48,501 nt of DNA from an uncultured Caulobacterales bacterium. Its GTDB lineage: Bacteria > Pseudomonadota > Alphaproteobacteria > Caulobacterales > Maricaulaceae. Where the stretch lies: positions 1 through 48,501 of the forward strand of contig CAZABJ010000014.1 in NCBI GenBank assembly GCA_964483375.1, given 5' to 3'. The notes beneath the pieces were generated by a model. That model was not told where the DNA came from, searched no databases, and saw nothing but the letters and a program-made list of their open reading frames with translations. Position numbers and translations under genes: made by a program. How positions within the stretch are numbered: position 1 is the first letter of the stretch; each line of letters starts with the position of its first letter. Shown one piece after another: positions 29,999-39,178 of this stretch.

Positions 29999-31795
29999 AT
30001 GCGAACCCTGACGGCGTTGGTCGCCCTGTTGGCGGCGCTCACAGGCGTGCCGGCGCCTGCGCAGGACCTGCCCGACGCGGAGGTCGCGTTCGACGCGGGC
30101 GCGTTGGCCGCCCCCGACGCGGCGTCCGAGGCTATTGTGGGGCTTTGGCGCGTGGGTCTGCCTGGCGGCGCTGAGGCGCGGTTCGAAGAGGGCGGCGCGT
30201 TCACTTATTACGAAGAGACCGGCGAGGAGGTCCTGGGCGATTGGGACATTCGCGCCGGCTCGGCGGGCACGCTGGAACTGGTTACCTGGCCCCCGGTTTG
30301 GCCGGATGTGACGTTCGGCGACATCGAAACCTTCCGCTTCCTCGCCGCGGATCGCGCGTTAGTCGGCGAGACGCTCGAATTGAGCCGCGTCCCCGACGCC
30401 GCCCCGTCCGGGCCCGGCCTGGACGAAGGCGCGGGGCCCGCTGAGCCCGCGCCCGCCATTGGCGACGATGACCTCGGCGTTGAAGAGCTGCCCGCCATCG
30501 AAGGGCCTGATGTTCCCTTCGTCCCAAGAGATTTTGCGGAGACCCGGTCCGCCGCCGCAATTGACGCTGAAGCCGTGCTCATAGGCCGCTGGAATGCGCC
30601 CGACGTCCAAGCCGATGGGTTCGTCGAGTTCCAAACCGGCGGCGTCATTCTGTTCTCTGAAAACGGCATTGACGTCGAGAGCGGAGCCTGGCGCGTTGTC
30701 GATGATGCAAGCGGAGGCTTGACCATCGTCGTCAGCGGCGAGGATCGCCCGACCGAACGGGACTCGCTGGAAATCCTGTCTCCCGATCGTGTGCTTGTCG
30801 CCGGCGAAACCACGCTGTTGCGAATTCACGAGCAAACCGCCTCCCAACCGCAACTCTCCGCCCAAGAGGCCGCCGCGCTGCTGGTCGGGGTGTGGGTTGG
30901 CGAGGAGTTTGGCGAGCGCGGCGAGATTACGTTCCTGGCCAATGGCCGGCTCGAGGCGTTCCCTCCCGGCGGCGGACCGGCCGTGCGGGGGCGGTGGGAC
31001 GTGATCGAAGACGGCGGCGGCCTGGCCGTGCGCGCGTGGCGCGACGACCGGGGGTCGGAGCCGGAAATCGCCTCGCTTGAGGTGATGGGAGACGATTCCA
31101 TCATCATCGACGGCGAGCTCACGCTGAGCCGATTGAGCGGCGCGCCTGAACCCTTCGCCCCGTCCGCGGACGAAGCCGAAACGCTGCTTGTCGGCGTTTG
31201 GGAGGAACGCAACGACCAGGTGTTGATCGAATTCAGCGTCGATGGGCGGTTCCGGTCCGTTCTCGAGGGCGATTTCGCCCAGGAGGAGGCGGGACGCTGG
31301 TCGCTGGAGCCCACGCTGAATGGCGCGCTGTCCCTGGTGCTCTATCGCGATGGGATCTACGAGCCCAGTCGCTTGGGAACCGTCTATTTCATCACTGCCG
31401 ATAGGATCGAAACCGCCGATGGGGCCGTGCTCGAGCGCAGCGCGCGCAGCTTTGCGCCCGCGGCGCCGGCTGACGACGCGGTCGCGGCGGAAGGGGCGTT
31501 GGGCGGTCGCGAGGCCTTGGCCGGCGTTTGGCGCGGCGAGTTCGACGGCCGTCTCGCCGAAGTGACTTTCACCGCGAACGACCAAGTTCGGTTCCGCGAT
31601 CTCAGCGCTGAGCCGATTGCGGACGGCGTCGGCGTTTGGGATATCGCGCCGCTCTCGCCGGAGCTTTACGACGTCGTCGTCACGCTTCGCGACGCGCACG
31701 GCACGGCCCTGTCGCTGCGGGTCAGATTTCTCACCCCCGATGTGATCGAGGTTGAAACCGACGGCGTTGCGACCGTCATGCGCCGGCTGTCATAG
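29999..31795 (+). CDS. Secreted protein with five copies of the same module
   Basis: ATG at 29999 with SD 'gaggagacgga' gives the signal peptide 'MRTLTALVALLAALTGVPAPA'. Modules start at 'SEAIVGLW', 'AEAVLIGRW', 'QEAAALLVGVW', 'DEAETLLVGVW' and 'REALAGVW'. Each contains an internal G-x-W and an alternating hydrophobic beta pattern. Confidence 0.7.
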   Translation: MRTLTALVALLAALTGVPAPAQDLPDAEVAFDAGALAAPDAASEAIVGLWRVGLPGGAEARFEEGGAFTYYEETGEEVLGDWDIRAGSAGTLELVTWPPVWPDVTFGDIETFRFLAADRALVGETLELSRVPDAAPSGPGLDEGAGPAEPAPAIGDDDLGVEELPAIEGPDVPFVPRDFAETRSAAAIDAEAVLIGRWNAPDVQADGFVEFQTGGVILFSENGIDVESGAWRVVDDASGGLTIVVSGEDRPTERDSLEILSPDRVLVAGETTLLRIHEQTASQPQLSAQEAAALLVGVWVGEEFGERGEITFLANGRLEAFPPGGGPAVRGRWDVIEDGGGLAVRAWRDDRGSEPEIASLEVMGDDSIIIDGELTLSRLSGAPEPFAPSADEAETLLVGVWEERNDQVLIEFSVDGRFRSVLEGDFAQEEAGRWSLEPTLNGALSLVLYRDGIYEPSRLGTVYFITADRIETADGAVLERSARSFAPAAPADDAVAAEGALGGREALAGVWRGEFDGRLAEVTFTANDQVRFRDLSAEPIADGVGVWDIAPLSPELYDVVVTLRDAHGTALSLRVRFLTPDVIEVETDGVATVMRRLS

Positions 31796-31929
31796 CCGGA
31801 CAGGGCTGCAGCGCCGGCGGCGTTGTCAGGGGCGGTGTGACCGGGGTCACAGCGAAAGGCGCGGCGAGAGGGTTTTCTCTCTTCAGCTCGGCGGCAATGA
31901 CGCCGCACCGAGAAAACCTGGAGAGAGAC

Positions 31930-32472
31930 ATGACCAAATCGTTTGCCGCCATCGCCGCCATCGCCTTTGCCGGCCTCCTCGCCCATGCCGCCCCGGCGGC
32001 CGCGTGCTACGTCGAAATCGACGAAGCCCCGCCGCTCGTGGATATGAACGCAGCCCCGGACGACCAAGTCTTGGCGTTCGACAGCCAATCCCAAACGGGT
32101 CCGGAGATCGTCGAAACCGACGAGCGCCGCACCGATGTCCGCGGTCCCGCCGTCGACGCCCAGTTCTTTGTCGGGGAGTGGGTCACTGAGACCGCCAACC
32201 CGCAATTCCAAAGCCGCGAGCAGACCCGCTTTATGCCGGACGGGCGCTTCTCCACCTCCGCCCAGCTCAGCGTTCAGGGCCAGACCCAGCAGTTCACCGC
32301 AACCGGGACATGGTCGGCGACCCCGGGCGACGGCGGCTTCATGATCCGGGCGCGCTTCGACCGTCCGATGTTTCCCGGCGCGCCTTCGGAAATCACGCAG
32401 AGGATCGAAATCATCGATCAGAACACGACCTATGATCCGGCGTCCGGGTCATATTCTCACCGCATGCGCTGA
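31930..32472 (+). CDS. Secreted protein with one copy of the module
   Basis: ATG at 31930 with SD 'ggagagag' gives the signal peptide 'MTKSFAAIAAIAFAGLLAHAAPAAA'. The single module is 'AQFFVGEWVTE...TGTWSATPGDGGFMIRARF'. Confidence 0.6.
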   Translation: MTKSFAAIAAIAFAGLLAHAAPAAACYVEIDEAPPLVDMNAAPDDQVLAFDSQSQTGPEIVETDERRTDVRGPAVDAQFFVGEWVTETANPQFQSREQTRFMPDGRFSTSAQLSVQGQTQQFTATGTWSATPGDGGFMIRARFDRPMFPGAPSEITQRIEIIDQNTTYDPASGSYSHRMR

Positions 32473-32501
32473 CTTTTTTGCGCCCGCCGCGCCTCTCGCT
32501 G

Positions 32502-32534
32502 CCCCGCCGGTTCGCCCGGCGGGGCTTCCTTTTT
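32502..32534 (+). terminator. Candidate intrinsic terminator after third module-protein gene
   Basis: 'ccccgccgg ttcg cccggcgggg' gives a 9-bp stem, followed by 'cttcc' and 'ttttt'. It lies in the convergent gap before epmB. Confidence 0.45.
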
Positions 32535-32548
32535 CACCGGCGCGCGCG

Positions 32549-33616
32549 TCAGGTTTTGTCCGGCGCCGGCGGATAGGCCGCCCAGCGACCGTCGGCGGTC
32601 TTAGCGCGCCACGCGCCCGTTTCGTCCCGCCGCACCTCGGCCTCGCAAATGGGCGCCTTGGACGCCCCGCCGGGAACGTCGAGCACATAAGTCGGCTGGC
32701 AGAGGCCGGAGGCCCGCGAGCGCAGCGTCCCGGCGATCGCCCGCCCGTCGTCCAGCGAGACGCGGAAGCGGCCCGTGCCTGGGGCGAGGTCCAGATGGTG
32801 GAGGTAATAGGGCTTCACCCGCGCCTCTACGAGCGCCCGCATTAAAGCCTCCAGAGTTTCGGCGTCGTCGTTCACCCCTTTTAGGAGAACGGTCTGGGAC
32901 ACCACCGGCGTCCCGGCGTCGACCAGCCGTGCGATCGCTGACAAAGCGGGCGGGGACAATTCGCGTGCATGATTGACGTGCAGCGCCACCCAAGTGCTCG
33001 CACCCTCAGCGCGCAACGCCTCAACCAGCGCAGGGGCGACGCGGTCGGGGTCGGCGACGGGCACGCGCGTGTGCCAGCGAATAATCTTCACATGGTCTAT
33101 GGCGGCCAAGCGATCGGTGAGGTCTCGGATGCGCGCGGGGGAGAGGATGAACGGATCTCCTCCGGTTAGAATAACCTCCCAGATGTCCGGTCTGGCGGCG
33201 ATATAGTCCAACGCCGCCTCCAACTCGGCGGGCTTCAATGTCGTCTCCCCGCCAGGGCCCACCATTTCGCGACGGAAACAAAACCGGCAATAGACCGGAC
33301 AGGCGTGCACGGCCTTCAGCAACACCCGGTCGGGATAGCGATGCACGACGCCTTTCACCGGCGAATGGGCGGCGTCGTCAATGGGGTCGAGGCGTTCTTC
33401 CGGCGCGATCGCCAGTTCGCGCGGGTCCGGGAGAAACTGCGCCGCAATGGGGTCGTCAGGGTCGTCGGGGTCCATCAACGCCGCAACGGCGGGCGTGATA
33501 GCGACGGCGTAGCGGGCGGCGACGGCCTCAAGCGCGCGGCGTTCACGGTCTGAAACCAAGGCTGCGTCGGCGAGGTCGGTTGGGGAGCGGAGCGTTTTCG
33601 AAGCGGCGGAGGTCAT
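32549..33616 (-). CDS. epmB: EF-P beta-lysylation radical SAM enzyme (lysine 2,3-aminomutase family)
   Basis: KamA-family cluster motif 'CPVYCRFCFRR' (CxxxCxxC) and N-terminal 'RYAVAITPAVAALMDPDDPDDPIAAQFLP'. The 355-aa length fits EpmB rather than full KamA. It is adjacent to epmA and efp. Confidence 0.8.
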   Translation of the reverse strand: MTSAASKTLRSPTDLADAALVSDRERRALEAVAARYAVAITPAVAALMDPDDPDDPIAAQFLPDPRELAIAPEERLDPIDDAAHSPVKGVVHRYPDRVLLKAVHACPVYCRFCFRREMVGPGGETTLKPAELEAALDYIAARPDIWEVILTGGDPFILSPARIRDLTDRLAAIDHVKIIRWHTRVPVADPDRVAPALVEALRAEGASTWVALHVNHARELSPPALSAIARLVDAGTPVVSQTVLLKGVNDDAETLEALMRALVEARVKPYYLHHLDLAPGTGRFRVSLDDGRAIAGTLRSRASGLCQPTYVLDVPGGASKAPICEAEVRRDETGAWRAKTADGRWAAYPPAPDKT

Positions 33617-33656
33617 CAGCGGGCCATAGCGCGCCTCGCCCGCGGGCGGAAGCGGC

Positions 33657-34691
33657 TCAGCGTTCCGGGGTCCATTGCACCGCCTCGATGTTCGGCGCGG
33701 CGAGACACACCATCACCACCCGATCAAATCCCATCGCCACGCCGGAAGCCGGCGGCATCTGCGCGAGCGCGGCGAGAAAATCCTCGTCCAAGGGGTAGCG
33801 TTCGCCATAGCGCGCCTCTTTCAGCGCCATTTCCGCTTCGAAGCGCGCGCGTTGTTCAAGCGGATCGGTGAGTTCGCCGAAGCCATTGGCGAGCTCCACC
33901 CCGCAGGCATAGACCTCGAAGCGTTCCGCGACCCGCGGGTCGGAAGGTTTTTTGCGTGCAAGCGCGGCTTCGACCGCCGGATATTCGTCGAGCACGCAAA
34001 GCGCGCCGCGACCGAGCGCCGGCTCCACCCGCGCCGTCAGAATGCGGGCGAACAGATCCGACCAATCGTCGTCCTCCCGCGCATCCAAGCCGATCGCTTC
34101 GGTCTGAGCGGCGAGGGCGGCGCGGTCGGGCGCCCCGTGATCCGACAGCGTCTCAAGCAAGTCCACCCTGGCATGGCGCCTGAAGGCTTCGGCGACGGTG
34201 ATGCGCTCATAGGGCTTGAACGGGTCGCAGGATGCGTCGCGCCACCGCAACGCCTCCGCGCCGACGGTTTCGGCGGCCAACGCGATCAACGCCGCGGTGT
34301 CGGCGATCGCGACTTCATAGGGCCTCTCGGCGCGATACCATTCCAGCATGGTGAATTCGCGGGCGTGCAGGGGACCGCTCTCGCGGTTTCGAAACACGCG
34401 GGCGAACTCGAACAGTTTGTCCTCGCCCGCCGCCAACAGCTTTTTCATCGCGAATTCAGGCGAGGTATGGAGATAGACCCGCCTTCGAGCGCCGTCGGCG
34501 CCGATCGCGTCGCTCGCGAAGGCGTGCAAATGCGCCTCATTGCCCGGCGAGCCTTGCAGAATTGCGCATTCTGTCTCTTCGAAGTCGTCGGCCTCGAACC
34601 AGCGTCGCATCGCCTGTTTGATGCGATTGCGCGCGAGAAGCAGACCGCGTCGGTCGGCGTACGCCGTCGTGTCCCAAAACGGCGTGGTCAT
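33657..34691 (-). CDS. epmA: EF-P--(R)-beta-lysine ligase (truncated LysRS paralogue GenX/PoxA)
   Basis: Class II aaRS catalytic core lacking an anticodon-binding domain ('[20 protein letters not shown]', 'GFDRVVM'). 344 aa. Divergent from efp. Confidence 0.85.
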   Translation of the reverse strand: MTTPFWDTTAYADRRGLLLARNRIKQAMRRWFEADDFEETECAILQGSPGNEAHLHAFASDAIGADGARRRVYLHTSPEFAMKKLLAAGEDKLFEFARVFRNRESGPLHAREFTMLEWYRAERPYEVAIADTAALIALAAETVGAEALRWRDASCDPFKPYERITVAEAFRRHARVDLLETLSDHGAPDRAALAAQTEAIGLDAREDDDWSDLFARILTARVEPALGRGALCVLDEYPAVEAALARKKPSDPRVAERFEVYACGVELANGFGELTDPLEQRARFEAEMALKEARYGERYPLDEDFLAALAQMPPASGVAMGFDRVVMVCLAAPNIEAVQWTPER

Positions 34692-34799
34692 GACCCGAAG
34701 CGCGCCCCCGCTTGGCCCGCGCGGCGAGCGCGGCTAAGACCTCCGCTCACCCCAGCTCTGATCGGCGCGCTCGCGCCGGGCTCTCTATCGAGGTTCACC

Positions 34800-35372
34800 A
34801 TGCCCAAGGTCATCGCGAGCGGCGTGCGCAAAGGCAATGTCATCGAGCACGAAGACGGCAAGCTTTACGTCGTGTTGTCCGCAGAAAACTTCCATCCCGG
34901 CAAAGGCACGCCGACCACCTCCATCGACATGCGCCGCATCGCCGACGGCACCAAAGTCTCGGTGCGCTACAAAACGACCGAACAGCTAGAGCGCGCCATC
35001 GTCGAGGAGATCGACCACCAATATCTGTATGACGACGGCACGAACTACGTGTTCATGAACCCCGATAACTACGAGCAGCTGGAAGTCGGCCGCGACGTGG
35101 TCGGGGACAACGCCGTGTATCTGCAAGAGAACATGGACTGCATTCTGTCCATCTATGACGGCCGCGCTATCGCCATGCAGCTGCCGCCGCGGGTGACGCT
35201 CGAAATCACGGAAACCGAACCGGTCATCAAAGGCCAAACCGCGACTTCTTCGTACAAGCCGGCCATGCTCGAAAACGGCGTGCGCACCAGCGTGCCGCCC
35301 CATGTGGGCGTCGGCGTTAAAATCGTCGTCTCCACCGAAGACGGCTCTTACGTGGAACGCGCGAAGGACTAA
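34800..35372 (+). CDS. efp: Translation elongation factor P
   Basis: ATG at 34800 with SD 'gagg'. 190 aa. '[20 protein letters not shown]' carries the modifiable Lys at position 34, and the KOW and OB domains are typical. The ORF-track 565-aa frame is an artefact upstream of this start. Confidence 0.95.
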   Translation: MPKVIASGVRKGNVIEHEDGKLYVVLSAENFHPGKGTPTTSIDMRRIADGTKVSVRYKTTEQLERAIVEEIDHQYLYDDGTNYVFMNPDNYEQLEVGRDVVGDNAVYLQENMDCILSIYDGRAIAMQLPPRVTLEITETEPVIKGQTATSSYKPAMLENGVRTSVPPHVGVGVKIVVSTEDGSYVERAKD

Positions 35373-35437
35373 GCCCTGGCGCGCCCGGCCCGTGAGGCGT
35401 TTACTCCCTTTCGGGACGGCGGCGGCGCAGTTGAGGC

Positions 35438-36586
35438 ATGGCGAAGACGGCCGAAGAGGTGAAAGCCCGCGCGCGCGGGCTCGGCTTTGACGTCGTGGGC
35501 GTGGCGGACGCGCGCGCGCCTTGGGATGCGGGCGATCATCTTAGACGCTTTGTCGAACTCGCCCGCCATGGCGATATGGACTGGATGGAGACCACGCTTG
35601 AGCGGCGGGCCCATCCCACCGCGATGTGGCCTGAGGCGCGCTCAGCGGTGATGGTAGGGGTGAATTACGGTCCCGCCGACGACCCGCTTGCGCGTTTGGA
35701 GCGTCCGCGCGACGCGGCGATTTCAGCCTATGCGCAAGGCGCGGACTATCATGACCTTCTCAAAAAGCGCCTAAAGCAGCTCGCCCGCTGGTTCGCCGAA
35801 GAAACCGGCGAAGACGTCAAGGTGTTCGTGGACACCGCGCCTTTGATGGAGAAGCCCCTCGCGCAGCGCGCCGGGCTCGGCTGGCGCGGCAAACATACCA
35901 ATCTCATTAGCCGGGAACGCGGCTCATGGCTGTTTCTCGGCGCGATGCTCACCACCGCGGAACTGACGTCCGACGAGGCGGAGACCGACCACTGCGGTTC
36001 GTGTCAGGCATGTCTGACAATTTGTCCGACAGACGCCTTTCCCGCGCCCTACGAGCTCGACGCCCGACGGTGTCTGGCATACCTCTCGATTGAGCATAAG
36101 GGCCCGATCCCGCGCGAGTTCCGCGCCGCCATGGGCAACAGAGTGTATGGCTGCGACGATTGTCTCGCCGTTTGTCCCTGGAACAAATTCGCGCAAACCG
36201 CCCGCGAAACGTCCTTGCAGGCCCGCCCGGAATTGACCGCCGCGCGCCTGGTCGATTTGGCGCAGTTGGACGATGTGAGCTTTCGCACGGTTTTCGCAGG
36301 CACGGCGGTAAAGCGCATCGGGCGGGCCAGATTTCTCCGCAATGTAGCCATCGCGCTGGGCAATACCGGAGAGACGGCCTTGGCCAGGGACGTCGCGCGT
36401 TTGCTGGATGACGAGAGCCCCCTGGTGCGGGGCGCCGCGGTGTGGGCCCTCTGGCGCTTGACCTCCGCGGAAGACTTCGCCGCGCAACACGACGCGCTTG
36501 CGGACCGCGAACCGGACGCAATGGTGAGGGAAGAGTGGCGGCTCTGCGCGCAAAGCGCAGGTTTGGAACCGGGGGCGGAGGCGTGA
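35438..36586 (+). CDS. queG: Epoxyqueuosine reductase
   Basis: 4Fe-4S motifs 'CGSCQACLTICP' and 'CDDCLAVCPW'. C-terminal HEAT-like repeats. SD 'ttgagg'. Confidence 0.9.
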   Translation: MAKTAEEVKARARGLGFDVVGVADARAPWDAGDHLRRFVELARHGDMDWMETTLERRAHPTAMWPEARSAVMVGVNYGPADDPLARLERPRDAAISAYAQGADYHDLLKKRLKQLARWFAEETGEDVKVFVDTAPLMEKPLAQRAGLGWRGKHTNLISRERGSWLFLGAMLTTAELTSDEAETDHCGSCQACLTICPTDAFPAPYELDARRCLAYLSIEHKGPIPREFRAAMGNRVYGCDDCLAVCPWNKFAQTARETSLQARPELTAARLVDLAQLDDVSFRTVFAGTAVKRIGRARFLRNVAIALGNTGETALARDVARLLDDESPLVRGAAVWALWRLTSAEDFAAQHDALADREPDAMVREEWRLCAQSAGLEPGAEA

Positions 36587-37269
36587 TTCTCAAACTGCTG
36601 GGGTGGGGCGTTCGCCTGGTCGCGCTTGGGACAGCGGCGAGCATTGTTTGGGTGGGCGCCTATCGCGTGCTGCACCCGCCCGCCACGCTGACCATGCTCG
36701 CGCGGGGGCTCGACGGCATGGATGTTCGTCGCACGCCGGTGTCCCTGAACGATATCTCGCCGCATTTGGTGCGGGCGGTCATCGCCGCGGAGGATGCGCG
36801 GTTTTGTTCGCATACGGGTTTTGATTTCGACGCCATGCGCGAGGCCATTGAGGAGGCGCGCAACGGCAGGCGGCTGCGCGGCGCCTCGACCATTTCCCAG
36901 CAGACCGCAAAAAACGCGTTTCTGTGGGGCGGCGGCGGCTTCCCTCGCAAGGTCGCCGAGGCCTGGTTCACCATCTGGGGCGAGATTTTTTGGGGCAAAC
37001 GCCGCACGATGGAGCTCTATCTCAATGTCGCGGAGTGGGGCGACGGTCTGTTTGGCGCTGAAGCCGCGGCGCGCGCCTATTTTGGCGTGTCCGCAGCCGA
37101 TTTGGCGCCGCGGGAGGCGGCGCTCTTGGCGGCCGTCTTGCCGAACCCGCATGTCCGGCGCGCTGACAGGCCCAGCGATTTCGTCCGCCGAAGGGCGGCC
37201 TCCATCGAACGCCAGATCCGCGATGTCGAGCTCTCGGGCGGAGACGATTGCGTCTACCCTGACCGCTAA
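36583..37269 (+). CDS. mtgA: Monofunctional biosynthetic peptidoglycan transglycosylase
   Basis: GTG at 36583 overlaps the queG stop as GTGA. N-terminal TM 'ILKLLGWGVRLVALGTAASIVWV'. GT51 motifs 'AAEDARFCSHTGFD' and 'GASTISQQ'. Confidence 0.85.
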   Translation: MILKLLGWGVRLVALGTAASIVWVGAYRVLHPPATLTMLARGLDGMDVRRTPVSLNDISPHLVRAVIAAEDARFCSHTGFDFDAMREAIEEARNGRRLRGASTISQQTAKNAFLWGGGGFPRKVAEAWFTIWGEIFWGKRRTMELYLNVAEWGDGLFGAEAAARAYFGVSAADLAPREAALLAAVLPNPHVRRADRPSDFVRRRAASIERQIRDVELSGGDDCVYPDR

Positions 37270-37339
37270 GGCCGCCGCGGCACTTGCGCCAGGCCGCGTG
37301 TGCGGGGTAGCCCAAGCCCAATCGTGACGGGGCGGCTTG

Positions 37340-38068
37340 ATGACGACGCTTATTCTCCTTCGCCACGGCCAGTCGGCCTGGAACCTCGAAAATCGTTTCA
37401 CCGGATGGGTGGACGTGGACTTGACCGCGGAGGGGGAAGCCCAAGCCCGCGCTGCGGGGCTGCGCCTGAAAGACGCCGGCGTGACGCTCGACCGCGCCTA
37501 CGCTTCGCTGCTGACCCGCGCCATTCGGACGCTCTGGCTCGCCCTTACGGAAATGGGGCAGGTCTATGTGCCGATCACCAAGGATTGGCGTTTGAACGAG
37601 CGCCACTATGGCGGGCTGACTGGTCTGAATAAGGCGGAGACGGCCGCTAAGCACGGCGAGGACCAAGTGAAAGTGTGGCGTCGTTCCTTCGACATCCCCC
37701 CGCCGGCGATGGCCGACGGCGACGCTCAAGACCCCGCGCGCGACCGGCGCTACGGCCATATCGACCCCGCCGCGCTTCCAAAAACCGAGTCGCTTAAGAC
37801 CACGCTGGACCGCGTGCTTCCCTATTGGCAGGCGGACATCGCGCCCCGCGTCGCAGCGGGCGAGAACGTCGTCGTGGCCGCCCATGGCAATTCGCTGCGC
37901 GCGCTTATGAAGCACCTGTTCGGGGTGTCGGACGCCGATATCGTCAATGTCGAAATTCCCACCGGAAATCCGCTCCAAATCGAACTCGAGCCCGGCGGAA
38001 CGCGTCTGAAATCCGCTCGCTATCTCGACGCCGAGCGCGCCGCCGACTTGCCTGTCGCACCGGCCTGA
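37340..38068 (+). CDS. gpmA: 2,3-bisphosphoglycerate-dependent phosphoglycerate mutase
   Basis: '[12 protein letters not shown]' (catalytic His) and 'ERHYGGL'. 242 aa. Confidence 0.92.
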   Translation: MTTLILLRHGQSAWNLENRFTGWVDVDLTAEGEAQARAAGLRLKDAGVTLDRAYASLLTRAIRTLWLALTEMGQVYVPITKDWRLNERHYGGLTGLNKAETAAKHGEDQVKVWRRSFDIPPPAMADGDAQDPARDRRYGHIDPAALPKTESLKTTLDRVLPYWQADIAPRVAAGENVVVAAHGNSLRALMKHLFGVSDADIVNVEIPTGNPLQIELEPGGTRLKSARYLDAERAADLPVAPA

Positions 38069-38172
38069 GCCGCTCACAAAAATGGCGGCGCCCCAGTCCC
38101 TGGAGCGCCGCCGCGGACGATCTCGCCCTGCGTCCCCTGCTGACGCGATCGCCCGGTCTGCATCCGTTCCGC

Positions 38173-39054
38173 TTAGCGGCGCAGATAGGTGAACGGACGC
38201 CCGCGTCCGACCCAGCAGGAGTAGCGCAGGTCGTTCTGGCGGATAAGGCGGACGATTTGCCGAGCCTCGCGGCGGTTCGGCGCTGAGAACAGCAGACGAT
38301 CCGCGCCGTCCACGACTGAGAAGCCAGAGCCCGCATTGCGGCGCACGGCGATCGAACGAGGGTCGAGGGCGATGCAGTTTTCATTCGCCAGGTAGCCCTG
38401 CGGGAACGCGCCCGTCCGACGGTTGAGGTAATAGGTCAACGATGCATCGGGACGGCCGATGAAGCACTGCTGGTTCAGGCGATAGTGGTCCATCACCTCG
38501 ATGGTCCGCTCCAAGACGCGCCGACGGCCCGCGGTCATGAGAATGCTGTTCCCGTCGGTCAGACGCCAGGTCCCGCCATGGCGCTCGATCTCCAGATTGC
38601 GCCGACGGACATTGATGCAGTCCTCTTCAAACCGGCGGTTCTGCCGCTGGAGCGAAACCTCGCTCACATAGTCCGACCGCCGGTCGCCGGCGCGGAAGAA
38701 CGTGAAGCTGCGGACCGTCAACTGATCGCCGTGCAAGCTGAGAAGCAGCGTGCGCCGGCCGGCCGAGAGGTCGAACTCGGCGAGTATGACTTGGGTGTCT
38801 TGCTCGATGGACGCTGCGGGACCGGAAGAAAACGCCGTGGCGTTGACCTCGCCCCATTGACAGTTTTGCGGCGAGCAGCTGCCTTCCGCACGCACGCGGA
38901 GCTGGCCGCCTTGGCGTCGGATCTCCACGACTTCGACGCCGCGTGACGCCTCGTCTGCGAAAGTTCCAATATATCGGTCTAGAGGCGCCGCGGAGGCGGC
39001 TTGAGAGAAAAACGCCGATGCGCCGCATGCGATCGCCGCTGCAAATCGTTTCAT
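38173..39054 (-). CDS. Secreted Cys-containing protein of unknown function
   Basis: ATG at 39054 with SD 'gggga' gives the signal peptide 'MKRFAAAIACGASAFFSQAASAA'. The mature part has six Cys. The N-terminal beta-rich half includes 'GTFADEASRGVEVVEIRRQGGQLRV'. Confidence 0.6.
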   Translation of the reverse strand: MKRFAAAIACGASAFFSQAASAAPLDRYIGTFADEASRGVEVVEIRRQGGQLRVRAEGSCSPQNCQWGEVNATAFSSGPAASIEQDTQVILAEFDLSAGRRTLLLSLHGDQLTVRSFTFFRAGDRRSDYVSEVSLQRQNRRFEEDCINVRRRNLEIERHGGTWRLTDGNSILMTAGRRRVLERTIEVMDHYRLNQQCFIGRPDASLTYYLNRRTGAFPQGYLANENCIALDPRSIAVRRNAGSGFSVVDGADRLLFSAPNRREARQIVRLIRQNDLRYSCWVGRGRPFTYLRR

Positions 39055-39178
39055 GGTTAGTCCCCAATTCGCGTTGCCCGAGGCGAGGAGCGCTTCGGCA
39101 TGGGGCGACCTTAGAAAGGCCGAGACGAACCGGCGGTGACCCGACAGTTCATGCCGCAGACAGGCTTGGGGCGAAAAT

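Noticed and set aside
33675-35372. 565-aa plus-strand ORF
   Set aside because: Only the last 190 codons (from the ATG at 34800 with an SD) are efp. The upstream 375 codons are antisense to epmA and Arg-rich, so the long frame is an open-frame artefact.
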